Source: an uncultured Acidimicrobiia bacterium (GTDB taxonomy: Bacteria; Acidobacteriota; Terriglobia; Versatilivoradales; Versatilivoraceae). From it: a stretch of DNA of 64,000 bases. The notes below the pieces were generated by a model. The model ran no database searches. It was not told the origin of the DNA and saw only the letters and a program-made list of their open reading frames with translations. The stretch is taken from contig CAWBAT010000004.1 of the NCBI GenBank assembly GCA_963786955.1, positions 736,001-800,000 on the forward strand, read 5' to 3'. Every line of letters begins with the position of its first letter. Within the stretch, counting starts at the first letter, position 1. Below are positions 10,480-20,561 of this stretch, piece by piece. The translations under genes were made by a program, and so were the position numbers.

Positions 10480-11631
10480 TCAATACCGGCCGTTCTCACG
10501 CCCCGTTTCCGCAAAAACTTCAATGTTGCCCGGAGCAGCGTTCAAAATCTGTCCGCAAGTCCTGAGTATGTAACGCCCTCCGCTTCCTGCCGCATCCAGG
10601 CAGCGCATTGCTTCGTCACGCACTTCATCGGGCTGACCTGAGGCCAGAACCCGTTCATTGAAGCCCCCGTTGAGAGTAACTTCGCCACCCACGCGGCGTT
10701 TGACATCGGACAGATCGAAATCCCCAGATCTCTCCTTTGGGGTCAAGGTTTCTAGAGCTTCCGCCCCGGTGGAGACCATATCTTCAAGGAAAAGGCTCCC
10801 ACTGCCACAATTGTGGTAGCTGACGAGAAGTCCCGCCTCTCTGGCAGCCTTCACGACCTTCCGGTCGTAGGGGAGCATGAATTTGCGGTACGTCGAAGCG
10901 GAAAAACCAATTCCCACCCAACTCTGATCGTAGACAATCGAGTGAATCCCGGTCTTGGCCAAATGTCTGACGCGCCGAATCGCTCGTTCCATCAGGAATT
11001 CAGACACGCGCTCCACGAATCTTGGACTTTCGTAAAGGTCAGTGATGAGCTTTTCCAGGCCGCGCATATTGGCGGCTTCGCTCCAAACCCCGATGAAATT
11101 AAAAGTGTGAAAGGCCCGGTCCCCAACTCGATTGACCAGCGCAATAAGCTTGTCTTGATTGATCGATTCTGGCTCGGGCATATACTTGATGAGCAAGTCC
11201 AGGTCGCGTTCCTCTTTGAGAGGCCGCTCTAGATGAGACACTTGTGAGTCCCCCACCCGATAGCTCCATACAATGGGACCTTGAGGGGTAGAGGCCGTGA
11301 ATCGGTAAACCACAAATTCTTTTTCTTTTTCAACGGGCTCCTGACTGACACGCCAATTCTCCAGCGCCTCAGCGGGCCAGCTGTAAAGCAAGCGCCAGTA
11401 TTTATGTACCGAAAACCAGCGATCATCGATCGTAATGATGATGGGGTCGAGGCCGAGTTGCTCTTGAATTTGAACGATCTCAAGTGGGTCAGAAACTATT
11501 GTTTGTAACACCTCTGAAGTGCTCTTTCCCATCAAAGATTTCAATAGCGGCAAACCAAGCCAAGCGCACACCGGCGCTCGGTCAACGGGTTTTCCTTGCA
11601 AAACTGCTTTGAAGCGTTCGACCGTGTTCAT
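10480..11631 (-). CDS. Uroporphyrinogen decarboxylase / MtaA-CmuA-like family protein
   Basis: N-terminal ERFKAVLQGKPVDRAPV, Zn motif YHNCG, DLSDVKRRVGGEVTLNGG, and C-terminal GGRYILRTCG. Confidence 0.82.
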   Translation of the reverse strand: MNTVERFKAVLQGKPVDRAPVCAWLGLPLLKSLMGKSTSEVLQTIVSDPLEIVQIQEQLGLDPIIITIDDRWFSVHKYWRLLYSWPAEALENWRVSQEPVEKEKEFVVYRFTASTPQGPIVWSYRVGDSQVSHLERPLKEERDLDLLIKYMPEPESINQDKLIALVNRVGDRAFHTFNFIGVWSEAANMRGLEKLITDLYESPRFVERVSEFLMERAIRRVRHLAKTGIHSIVYDQSWVGIGFSASTYRKFMLPYDRKVVKAAREAGLLVSYHNCGSGSLFLEDMVSTGAEALETLTPKERSGDFDLSDVKRRVGGEVTLNGGFNERVLASGQPDEVRDEAMRCLDAAGSGGRYILRTCGQILNAAPGNIEVFAETGRENGRY

Positions 11632-11727
11632 AAGAGTTCGCCCCTCTGGATTAAAAAATTATTTTCAACGGTGACTCAAAGACCTCAAACAGTGCGTGTT
11701 GCGAGTCTTGACCCTAACTCGGACAGC

Positions 11728-13188
11728 TTATACCAAATTCCAGGACCTGCCAATTTCCTCAAGCGACTTCCCTTTTGTTTCCGGTAATACCTTCATTAGG
11801 AAGAAAAAGGAAATAAAACTTACAAAGGCACAGAGGAAAAAGACTCCGGAGGGTACGTTAAAGAGTCTCTGCGAGAGATCAAAGAGAACGGGCGTAAAGT
11901 AGGTTACCAGAAAGCAGGCAATCCAGACCATCGCGGTACATAAACTCATGGCCCTTGCGCGAATTCGCGTCGGGAAGATCTCAGCGAGAACAAGCCAGCA
12001 AAGGGCACCGAACCCAATTGCGTGCGGCGCTGCCGTCAGAGAGAGAATGGCCACCACGGGCCAGCCATTCATTTGGAGCACAAAGACAAGACCGAGCATG
12101 CTCATGGTGACAGTCATCGCCAAGGAACACAAAAGATAGAGACGTCTCCTGCCGACAAGGTCAACCAGATAAATTGCGATGAATGTGTAAAACAGGTTGG
12201 CTATATTGGGAATGATGGTGAGCAATATAGCGTGGGCCTTATCTTCGATACCTGCTTGTCTGTAGATTGTGGGCATATAAAAAGCAGTCATGGACCAACC
12301 CGTCCACTGAGACATCAGGGCGAGTACGAACCCGACCATGAGTGCGATCCTGACGCCGGGTACGAATAATTCAGTTAACGAGATTTTTGGAGTATGCGTT
12401 TCTTTTTCGATCTCTTCGCGGATCCCATTAAATTCATTTTGTCCTTCGTGGGCACCATTGATCTTGACAAGAATCTGTATTGCCTCGTCGAACCGATTTC
12501 TCTGAGAGAGCCAACGCGGGGTCTCAGGCATCTTCCACAAGAGGACGGCAAAGACACCCACGGGTAAAAGCATTGAGGCAAACATGTATCGCCAACTGAC
12601 TGAAGCAGGGAGGTATTGGGCGAGGAAGTACGAGATAATGATCGCGGTGAGGCTGCCGACAACGATCGCAAGCTGGTTCATCGTGACTAGCATTCCTCGT
12701 ATTCCCTTTGGGGAGATCTCAGCGATATACATTGGCGAGGCAAGAGATGCCAAACCGACACCAATCCCGCCTACGATTCTGAAAACGTTAAACATGAGTA
12801 TATCCTGCGGCAAAGTTGTGCCGATTGCACCCGCTCCGAAAAAAAAGCAGGCAATGATAAGAGATTTTCGTCTTCCAAATCGATCGCAAGTCCATGCACC
12901 CACAAAGGGACCTGCGAGACATCCAAGCAGCGCACTGGCCATGGCGCGCCCAAATTGCGCGGAATCGAGTGCAAAATAATCCTTCAGAAATTGCTGGGCG
13001 CCCGCCACGATGTTCAAGTCGTACCCGAAGAGGAAGCCCCCAACCGCCGCGACAAATGCGGTCAGAAAGACATAGGATTTAGATCCCTGGTCAGTTTGTG
13101 GAGAGGGGATCGATAAATGCGCAGATGTTTCTTGCAAGAGAATGGATTCATTCTGTGGGTCCTCAGATTGCATGTTTGATGGTTTCAT
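11728..13188 (-). CDS. MFS sugar porter (XylE/AraE-like)
   Basis: AAVGGFLFGYD, DRFGRR, PMYIAEISP..RG, PETPRWL, AEIFP..IR, PETKGKSLEEI. The start is probably at 13188 or 13173. Confidence 0.92.
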   Translation of the reverse strand: MKPSNMQSEDPQNESILLQETSAHLSIPSPQTDQGSKSYVFLTAFVAAVGGFLFGYDLNIVAGAQQFLKDYFALDSAQFGRAMASALLGCLAGPFVGAWTCDRFGRRKSLIIACFFFGAGAIGTTLPQDILMFNVFRIVGGIGVGLASLASPMYIAEISPKGIRGMLVTMNQLAIVVGSLTAIIISYFLAQYLPASVSWRYMFASMLLPVGVFAVLLWKMPETPRWLSQRNRFDEAIQILVKINGAHEGQNEFNGIREEIEKETHTPKISLTELFVPGVRIALMVGFVLALMSQWTGWSMTAFYMPTIYRQAGIEDKAHAILLTIIPNIANLFYTFIAIYLVDLVGRRRLYLLCSLAMTVTMSMLGLVFVLQMNGWPVVAILSLTAAPHAIGFGALCWLVLAEIFPTRIRARAMSLCTAMVWIACFLVTYFTPVLFDLSQRLFNVPSGVFFLCAFVSFISFFFLMKVLPETKGKSLEEIGRSWNLV

Positions 13189-13359
13189 GCCGTCTTGCCT
13201 TTCGCGTGAGGTTGATATCCAAAAGCAAGTAATCAGCCCTGGGAACTGCTTTTGGTACTGAGCGTCCTGGCACAGAACACGGCGGCCTGGCGGATATGTT
13301 CTCCATAGCCTGGAGCTGTTTAGTCCGAGGTCCATAGCCAGCGCCTACTGGCCGGCCTT

Positions 13360-14844
13360 TCAGTCGACTGAGGGGGGACTTACCACGCCAGACATTCGGG
13401 AAACGGCCCCCCATCCGGCGACCAAGAGGAGCAGCACCATGCAGGTGAAGACGAACACATCCCCGGCGACTGCGTAGACTGTTTTCAGGTGATGTCGCGG
13501 AACCTCGGCGACGAGCAGGGGGGGCCCGCCCTCGAAGCTCGAGTGCCATCCGCGCATTCGCCCGAGCGGATCGACGACGGCTGACAAGCCGAAGCGCGTG
13601 GAGCGGACGAGTGAAAATCCACCCGCGATGGCGCCCAGCGCAGCCATCTGGGTGTGGAGCGGATCGATCCCCCGCCAATCGGAGGATGGCAGCGCGACGA
13701 CGTCCACTCCAAGTCGAGCGTGCTCCAGAGCCACCTCGGGGTAGTCGTAGTCGTAGCAGATGGCGCCACCCGCTCGACCAAACGGCGCATCGACCGCGGC
13801 CAGGGGACCGTGCCCGACCACTGCAGGCTCGCCAGGCGCGGGATGATGCTTCCAATAGGCCTGGCGCTCCACGCCATCGGGACCGAACCAGCGGAACATA
13901 TTCTGGTATGGCAGAATCTGTCCTTGCGACGCCGGGACGACGTAGGCCGCTACGATGTCCACGCTGTGGACCCGAGCCAGTTCGGCAACGCGCTGAAGAA
14001 AGCCTGTTTCTTCTTCCCCAGGCATGACCAGTGCGGCGGCTTCTGTCCAGACCACGAGCCGCGCCCCGGCTGTCGCGGCCCGGGCGGAGTCACCTAGAAG
14101 CTTATCCACGACTGCGTTCCGAGCAGGTGCATCCGGCAGGGGAATCGTACCGCCAAACGTCGCCGGCGTGCCGACGGCCGCCACGCGGACCGATACGTCG
14201 TCGAGCGGAGCGTTCAACCGGATCGCTCCCCATGCGTGAGTCCCGAGGAAGACCGCGGCTACAGCGATACCCTGCCAGAGGCTCCGGGGAGAGGTGCCGC
14301 CGAGTGCAACGGAAAGAGCCAATTCCAGCCACGCCGCCACCCACGCCACGACGAAACTGACCGCTGCGATTCCGCCCAAGGACGCGAGTTGCAGGAGCGG
14401 CAGGTCGTCGACCTGCGTGTACGCCATCGCGCCCCATGACGCGATGAGGGTGAAATGTTGCAGCCACTCCGCGACGACAACTGCAGCCGGGAAGGCCAAC
14501 AGTGCAGCGCCCTGCGTTGCGTGGCTACGTATGCAATCCCACGTAAAGTACGCTGCCAGGCTGAAGATGGCCGCCACCAGCCCAGTGGGTAGGGCGGCCA
14601 CAGCCGGAAGAGGAGCTGTGACAATCTTGAGTGTCGTGGCGATCCACGCGGCACAGAGTGCTGCCCCGAATGCAAGGCGAGAGCGCCAACCGCGAGTGAG
14701 CCGCAGATACCGAAGGAGCGGCACCGGGGCGACCCACGCAACCACCCCCACCCCCCAACGGAAGTTCGCGGCGAAAATAATGGCGCAACCCAAACCCAAC
14801 AAGAATGCAGGCCGTTCAAGCAGACGCTTCATCTTTGCCACCAT
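13360..14844 (-). CDS. Membrane-anchored carbon-nitrogen hydrolase (apolipoprotein N-acyltransferase-like)
   Basis: Several N-terminal TM helices, then a nitrilase domain with the E-K-C triad (VVWTEAA, YWKHHP, ICYDYDYP) and GLSAVVDPLGR. Start uncertain (14844 or 14832). Confidence 0.8.
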   Translation of the reverse strand: MVAKMKRLLERPAFLLGLGCAIIFAANFRWGVGVVAWVAPVPLLRYLRLTRGWRSRLAFGAALCAAWIATTLKIVTAPLPAVAALPTGLVAAIFSLAAYFTWDCIRSHATQGAALLAFPAAVVVAEWLQHFTLIASWGAMAYTQVDDLPLLQLASLGGIAAVSFVVAWVAAWLELALSVALGGTSPRSLWQGIAVAAVFLGTHAWGAIRLNAPLDDVSVRVAAVGTPATFGGTIPLPDAPARNAVVDKLLGDSARAATAGARLVVWTEAAALVMPGEEETGFLQRVAELARVHSVDIVAAYVVPASQGQILPYQNMFRWFGPDGVERQAYWKHHPAPGEPAVVGHGPLAAVDAPFGRAGGAICYDYDYPEVALEHARLGVDVVALPSSDWRGIDPLHTQMAALGAIAGGFSLVRSTRFGLSAVVDPLGRMRGWHSSFEGGPPLLVAEVPRHHLKTVYAVAGDVFVFTCMVLLLLVAGWGAVSRMSGVVSPPSVD

Positions 14845-15289
14845 CGCCTGTAAGTGCCAAGCACCTAACCGAACGGATTCTAGCACTTCCGGCACTCGCA
14901 TCTCAAATGAGGGCTTTTCCGAATTAGCCGTTAGTCGCTTGTCAACCTTGAATAACTTCCCCCTTGGGCAGATTGTCGATGGGACACCGGTAAGTTGCGG
15001 TTTGAAGCTGGATATTGGCCGCGTCAGGGAGCCAATGCTGGGCATGTAGATTTAGATCGTAAAGACCGGAATCAAGCGTTGAGGTGGGTCAGTTTTACAT
15101 GATTAATTACAACTACCCAGGGCATCGATCTTTGAATTACGTCTAAAAGCTCGTTTGGATGAAATAGAACTGTAGAATGCCAAGACTTGACCCCATTCCT
15201 TTTCTCTCAATGTTCGCCAGTTCAGGCAGCTCTGGTCTGATTTAAGTTAGCTATTGTTTTGGAAGCTTGTATGGTTGTTTCAGGCAGGT

Positions 15290-16819
15290 CTAATGTTGAG
15301 GCTGAGGTTGAGTGGTCTTCCTCTCCAACTGCCAAAACACCCGGCACTCGTCGAAGTCAGCTTTCTGGGAATAGACTTTCCACTCTTCCAGTTCGCTGAC
15401 CGCAGCATCGTCGTCGCAGACGATGGTAGTGAGAAAAACGCCCGACTTGAGCCGCCGGTCCACCTCGGCCTTTGGCAGGATATGAAGGGCCGCGTTTTCG
15501 GCCGGAGAAAGCTGGAGTTTTCTCATATCTTCGTATTCTAACCCGGAGGGTACTGGCCCGCGCAATAGAAAGTAGATGTGCTCGGGTGCAAGTAACTGAG
15601 CGTCCTTCGGCGTCACCTCTTTCACTTTATTCACCACACGCTCGAGCTGATGCCACGTGTAGGAGTCCCGCTCGCCGTAAAGGCTGTTACCTAGGCAAAG
15701 GGTTGTCACGCACAGCAGGACCAGCACCAGGCGCTGCGGGCGGTCGGAATTCTCAAAGCGTGCAGCCATAGCATAAAACCCCATGACCCCCAATACCGTG
15801 AGAAAAGGGATTAGGAAAACGAAGTATTGCGGGAAAGTCGGACGTGCAAAGATATTCTGCGCGCCAACTGCAATAATCAGCCAAAGGCAAAGACGAAATT
15901 CCGCCCGTCGCTCAGGGTCGCCCTCACTCTTCTTGATGAAGAACAGACCGGCGACAGCCAGTAGAACGAGTAACAGGCTAGGTGAGCTGTTGACCCAGTC
16001 GGTGACAATGCCGATGTCATGGCTGGTAGATCCTTCCCAATTCACCCGGCGGTAGATGGAGTGGTATTTGAGAATATCGAATATTACCTGGTACGGTTTC
16101 CGTGCAAACAAGACCAGTAGCGGTATGCAGGAAGCTGTAGCGCCGGCCACAAAAGCGGTGGCTTTGACCCATCGGTTCCCCAGCCGATTATAGAGCCATA
16201 TCCAGATCAGCAATACAGCGGCAGCTGGTGCTGTGAGTAGGGAAGATGCCGCTCCCGCACCGGCCAAGAAACCGGCCAGCGCGCTCATCATGAACCGGGT
16301 CCGCGCCACTGCCACATTGGCCGCACGAAATGCCGCCACGACCAGCAACAGGCAAAGCGGGTAGGCCTGCGCAATGGTCCCGTAATCCCACACTAGGGGG
16401 TGCAGCCCGAACAAAGCCAATGCGGCCCACGCTGCAGCCGTCCGCCAGCGGCGATCATGAAAGAGCGTAAACACATACTGTACAATTAATAGGACCGAGC
16501 CAATGGTTGCTAGTGCCGCGACCATGTGGACCACGCGCCAATTGGCCCCGAACAATCTCATCCAGCCCGCATTCCAATAGGCATTCAAGGGAGTCTGCGC
16601 AAAGAAAAAGTCGAGGTAGGGTTGCTTGCCGGAATTGATTAGGTCTGCGGCCAGAATGTGGAAACCTTCGTCCCAATGGAAGGCTAGGGTCTGAGAGTAC
16701 ACCAAGATTCCCGCAGCCCAAAGTGTGAAAACGGTGTACAGAAGGCGCATTTCCTGCTTTGCGCTGCGCTCGCCGAAAACGCCTGACATGGCTCGATGGA
16801 ATAAGGAGACGAGTTTCAT
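15290..16819 (-). CDS. Polytopic membrane protein, GT-C / ArnT-like glycosyltransferase family
   Basis: DEGFH after the first TM, then PYLDFF..QTPL and about 11 hydrophobic segments. Confidence 0.65.
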   Translation of the reverse strand: MKLVSLFHRAMSGVFGERSAKQEMRLLYTVFTLWAAGILVYSQTLAFHWDEGFHILAADLINSGKQPYLDFFFAQTPLNAYWNAGWMRLFGANWRVVHMVAALATIGSVLLIVQYVFTLFHDRRWRTAAAWAALALFGLHPLVWDYGTIAQAYPLCLLLVVAAFRAANVAVARTRFMMSALAGFLAGAGAASSLLTAPAAAVLLIWIWLYNRLGNRWVKATAFVAGATASCIPLLVLFARKPYQVIFDILKYHSIYRRVNWEGSTSHDIGIVTDWVNSSPSLLLVLLAVAGLFFIKKSEGDPERRAEFRLCLWLIIAVGAQNIFARPTFPQYFVFLIPFLTVLGVMGFYAMAARFENSDRPQRLVLVLLCVTTLCLGNSLYGERDSYTWHQLERVVNKVKEVTPKDAQLLAPEHIYFLLRGPVPSGLEYEDMRKLQLSPAENAALHILPKAEVDRRLKSGVFLTTIVCDDDAAVSELEEWKVYSQKADFDECRVFWQLERKTTQPQPQH

Positions 16820-16874
16820 CCGGAGGATATGAAGAATAGTTTCACCGCTGCTTCCCGTAAGCTATTGAAAGGAA

Positions 16875-16951
16875 TGGTACGCCCGGCAGGAGTCGAACCT
16901 GCGACCTCTTGCTCCGGAGGCAAGCGCTCTATCCAGCTGAGCTACGGGCGC
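16875..16951 (-). tRNA. tRNA-Arg (anticodon CCG)
   Basis: The reverse complement GCGCCCGTAGCTCAGCTGGATAGAGCGCTTGCCTCCGGAGCAAGAGGTCGCAGGTTCGACTCCTGCCGGGCGTACCA folds as a cloverleaf with anticodon loop CT-CCG-GA, a GTTCGA T-loop and encoded CCA. Confidence 0.97.
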
Positions 16952-17179
16952 ATAAGTGCGTGAGGAACCAATTGATTAACTGGGGTCTTTTACCCAGTCC
17001 ACATTGAAATTCCTCAAGAATTTTGAGAGTCTATCAAATCTGGAACGATTTTAACAGGTTCCTGGAAGCCGTCAGGTTGGCTCGTGGACACAAATGGATT
17101 GCCTGCAGGTTGATTGTCAGAATATTTAAGTTGCATTATTCTTCCGGCACGATATTAGAAATCGAAAGGATTGCGAATC

Positions 17180-18376
17180 ATGAAAAGACTTTCTCTGATG
17201 TGTCTCCTCGGATTCCTGGCTGCTGCCTGCCTGCTCCTGGCGGTTCAAGTTGAACATCCGAAACTTCCCGAACCTTATTCCACGCCGTCTGTAAACAACC
17301 ACTCTCGCGTGATCCCGCGCCCGGAAGGCGCAACACTCAATCTCCCCAAAGGCTTTCAAATCGAGCTTTACGCCGAAGGATTTGAACGTCCCCGATTCAT
17401 GCTGGAGGGCCCTAATCATGAAATCCTCCTCACGGACAGCATTGAATCCGGCAGCGTTTTTCTCCTAAAGGATGAAAACAAGGATTTCAAAGTCGATTCC
17501 AAACAGAAGATTCTGACCGGTCTTGACCGCCCTTATGGGTTGGCTTTCTGGAAAGGCTATCTGTATGTCGCTGAAGCCACTTCGCTGAAGCGGTACCAGT
17601 ATGATTCGAAGGGGTTGAAGGTGGAGAGCAAGGGGGAAGAGGTTGTCTCACTCAAGCCTTTCGGGAAAGGTCACTGGACCCGGACGGTGCTCTTTGATCC
17701 AAAAGGTGAAAAGATGTATCTCACCGTTGGATCAGCCTCGAATGTGGATGCCGGCGAAGATGCCATGCGGGCGGCCATTCATCGATTTAATCCCGACGGC
17801 ACCGCCCCTGAAATCGTTGCCGCGGGAGTGAGGAATGTGATCGGGCTGCGTTGGTATCCGGAGACAGAAACGCTTTGGGCAGCTGTCCAGGAGAGAGATG
17901 GGCTTGGAGATGACCTGGTACCCGATTATTTCACGGCAATCCGCTTCGGAGGATTCTACGGGTGGCCTTATGCCTATCTAGGAGCTCACGAAGATCCACG
18001 ACGAAAAGGGGAAAGGCCCGATCTGGTGGCCAAAACCCTCGTGCCTGATGTTTGGCTGGGCGCGCATGTGGCTGTTCTCGACGCCCTTTTTTATACAGGA
18101 AATCAATTTCCGAAGGAATACAAGGGGGGGGCGTTTCTGGCGTTCCACGGATCATGGAATCGCTCCACACGGGTCGGCTACTCCGTCAATTTCATACCCT
18201 TCAAGGATGGCAGGCCCGCAGAGGGCCCAAGAGATTTTCTGACCGGGTTCCTTTTGGACTCGGGGAAACGTGAGGTCTGGGGCAGACCCGTGGGGCTCTT
18301 GCAGCTCTGGGATGGATCGCTGCTCGTTTCGGATGACGGTGGGAACAAGATCTGGAGAATCTCTTATAAGAATTAA
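17180..18376 (+). CDS. Secreted glucose/sorbosone dehydrogenase family beta-propeller (PQQ-dependent sugar dehydrogenase-like)
   Basis: Signal peptide MKRLSLMCLLG..., then GHWTR, GVRN, ERDGLGDDLVPD, FYGWPY, HGSWNR, GRPVG, and VSDDGGNKIWRI. Confidence 0.88.
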   Translation: MKRLSLMCLLGFLAAACLLLAVQVEHPKLPEPYSTPSVNNHSRVIPRPEGATLNLPKGFQIELYAEGFERPRFMLEGPNHEILLTDSIESGSVFLLKDENKDFKVDSKQKILTGLDRPYGLAFWKGYLYVAEATSLKRYQYDSKGLKVESKGEEVVSLKPFGKGHWTRTVLFDPKGEKMYLTVGSASNVDAGEDAMRAAIHRFNPDGTAPEIVAAGVRNVIGLRWYPETETLWAAVQERDGLGDDLVPDYFTAIRFGGFYGWPYAYLGAHEDPRRKGERPDLVAKTLVPDVWLGAHVAVLDALFYTGNQFPKEYKGGAFLAFHGSWNRSTRVGYSVNFIPFKDGRPAEGPRDFLTGFLLDSGKREVWGRPVGLLQLWDGSLLVSDDGGNKIWRISYKN

Positions 18377-18407
18377 GTACTGCTTTTCATAAATACGATG
18401 ATGTTAA

Positions 18408-18462
18408 CGCCGGGTCGGTGACGCGGCCTACAACTTTGTAGGCCGCGTCACCCCACGCGGCG
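18408..18462. repeat. REP-like inverted doublet (family C)
   Basis: GGTGACGCGGCCTACAA-C-TTTGTAGGCCGCGTCACC palindrome with a GTAG foot. A related pair lies at 19567-19640. Confidence 0.7.
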
Positions 18463-18599
18463 CCCATCCTAAGATACGTCGCCGTAATTACAAACAGCAG
18501 TACTAAGCAGGATGTTTATGCCTGTGGATGTTTCATTGGTACCCGCTCATCTGAAGTTCGCAAGATGAAACGAAGACTCCGGGCTACGCGCATCCGAAG

Positions 18600-19349
18600 A
18601 TGGCAACTTGGTGGAGAACTCGTTCCAACTTAGGTTTTGAACACTTGATTCGAATATTCAAACACTCATTTTTCTGCCTTATATTTCTGCTCCCGGAGGC
18701 CATTTCCCCCGCGCCTTCCTTACTCAGCTTGAGAGGGGAAGTGATGGCAGAATCTACGCGATTTCTTCATCGCGGCCATCTCCGTCTGACGAACGTGACC
18801 TGTGTGAGTTGCCACACACAAACCCGCGAGAGTCTTGAGCCAACTGATTTTTCCGTCCCTTCAAGCGCCCTCTGCGCAAGCTGCCACGACGGACAGAAAA
18901 CAAATAAGCTGAAGATGCCAGTGAGTTTTTCTTCCAGACGTGACTCGCCAACGAAGCTCCGCTTTAGTCACAAGCTACATCTGGCACTCGGGAACATAGC
19001 CCCGGCTATCCAGGCGGCTGTGGAAAGTAATCAATATCTTGGTCCTGTTGACGGCCTGAAAGAGTCATTATCCGCAGCCAATGAATGTCTAGCCTGCCAC
19101 CGGGGCTTGTCGGAGATTGACGAGAAAAATACCGCCCCTCAGCCACAGATGGCGGACTGCCTTGTGTGCCACGCCGCGATTGAACCTCCGTTCAGTTGCG
19201 AACTTTGCCATCCAAACGATGCGACACTCAAACCAGCCACCCATAACACCGACTTTATGGACACTCATTCCAGCCAGATTGCCACTCTGGATCGCTCAAC
19301 CTGCAAAGTGTGTCATGGAGTGAAATTCCGCTGCAAAGGTTGTCATTAG
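18600..19349 (+). CDS. Multiheme c-type cytochrome (7 CxxCH motifs, cytochrome c3-like)
   Basis: CVSCH, CASCH, CLACH, CLVCH, CELCH, CKVCH and CKGCH, plus the c3-like F-x-H-x-x-H motifs FLHRGH and FSHKLH. Confidence 0.85.
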   Translation: MATWWRTRSNLGFEHLIRIFKHSFFCLIFLLPEAISPAPSLLSLRGEVMAESTRFLHRGHLRLTNVTCVSCHTQTRESLEPTDFSVPSSALCASCHDGQKTNKLKMPVSFSSRRDSPTKLRFSHKLHLALGNIAPAIQAAVESNQYLGPVDGLKESLSAANECLACHRGLSEIDEKNTAPQPQMADCLVCHAAIEPPFSCELCHPNDATLKPATHNTDFMDTHSSQIATLDRSTCKVCHGVKFRCKGCH

Positions 19350-19427
19350 TGGTTGACTCCGGGCTGCAAAAAGGTGGTAGGAGGATGTCCCGGGTGTATG
19401 CGAGGCTGTGTTTCCTACGGCGGGATA

Positions 19428-19640
19428 CCCCCCTGCGCCTTCGGCGCTCTCCCCCCTTGATAAGGGGGAATTTTAGAGTCACTGCCTACCTCACCCGCAG
19501 CCCCTCTTCACACGTTAGGGAGAGGGGAGCCGAAGGCGCGCAAGGTCCTCAGCAAATCCCCACTCGGTAGGCTGGGTCACCCTACATGGCGTCCAATTCA
19601 TAGATAACCAAGAGCGCCGCGTGTGGGCACGCGGCCTACA
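19428..19640. repeat. Intergenic palindrome cluster (CCCCCTT..AAGGGGG type and family C REP pair)
   Basis: CCCCCCTTGATAAGGGGG and CCCCTC..GAGGGG hairpins nested in GCGCCTTCGGC..GCCGAAGGCGC. GTAGGCTGGGTCACC..GCACGCGGCCTACA lies at 19567-19640. Confidence 0.6.
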
Positions 19641-19742
19641 ATAGAGTCTGACACACAGACCCACCCCTGCAACCCGTCGGAGGAGCTGACGTCTTGCAAC
19701 AAAGCGAAACCGGCCAATGAACGATCTAACTATGGCTTTAGC

Positions 19743-20363
19743 TTATCTGGAAGGAGCCAGGTCGAGGTACTGCTGGATGCGGGACTTTACATTGTCCGAC
19801 AAAAGGATGTCGCGGATCACCGCCAACGAATCGATTCCCAGTTCGTATAGCCCGGCAGCATTTTCGATAGTAATTCCCCCAATGGCAACGAGGGGCTTGG
19901 TAACTTGGGATCGGATAGCTTTTAATTCCTCTCGAGAAACAATCGGATCGGGGTTTTGCTTGCTTGTGGTTGGATAGACCGGACCAATAGCCACATAGTC
20001 TGCTGTGCTCCGTTGAGCCTCCAGCGCTTGTTTCAGGTTATGCGTTGACACTCCGACAACCTTGTTACGACCCAGCAATTTTCTAGCTTCTTCGACCGGG
20101 AGGTCGTTCTGCCCGACATGAACGCCATCCGCGTCGGTCAACAGTGCAATATCTACCCGGTCATTGATGATGGAAGTTAGTCGATATTGACGACAGAGGG
20201 ATACCAAAGACTGAGCGGTCTCGAAGAAAGCCTTGGAGCTGGCTGTTTTTTCACGCAGCTGTACCCAACCTACGCCGGCTTTGGCAAAAATTTCGAGAAG
20301 AGGTTCCACTGGCTTCGAAGCGAAGGGTGAATCCAGGATGATGTACAGGGGAGGAGGAGACAC
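19743..20363 (-). CDS. thiE: Thiamine-phosphate synthase
   Basis: VQLREK, IINDRVDIA, DGVHVGQ, GVSTH, GPVYPTTSK and VAIGGI. Confidence 0.95.
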   Translation of the reverse strand: MSPPPLYIILDSPFASKPVEPLLEIFAKAGVGWVQLREKTASSKAFFETAQSLVSLCRQYRLTSIINDRVDIALLTDADGVHVGQNDLPVEEARKLLGRNKVVGVSTHNLKQALEAQRSTADYVAIGPVYPTTSKQNPDPIVSREELKAIRSQVTKPLVAIGGITIENAAGLYELGIDSLAVIRDILLSDNVKSRIQQYLDLAPSR

Positions 20364-20561
20364 AAAGGCTCTCCAATCGACCTAAATTGAATACTTTGGA
20401 GGATCTCGTCAGCGCTCGGAAAGCAGCTGACCCTCGGGAAAACCCCAGGCGTTAAAGTCTCTTACACCTGCTCGGAAATAATATGCAGACCAGAGGCAGC
20501 CAAAGCCTGCGATTCCACTCTTAGTTTGCCTCTCCCAAGAGCAGAATGGAAAGTCGAGCCC

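Noticed and set aside
13340-16951. Integrative element at the tRNA-Arg 3' end
   Set aside because: I found no integrase and no duplicate of the tRNA 3' end in the window. Only the composition shift of one gene supports foreign origin.
20364-20561. TPP riboswitch upstream of thiE
   Set aside because: The conserved CUGAGA and downstream aptamer motifs are not visible.
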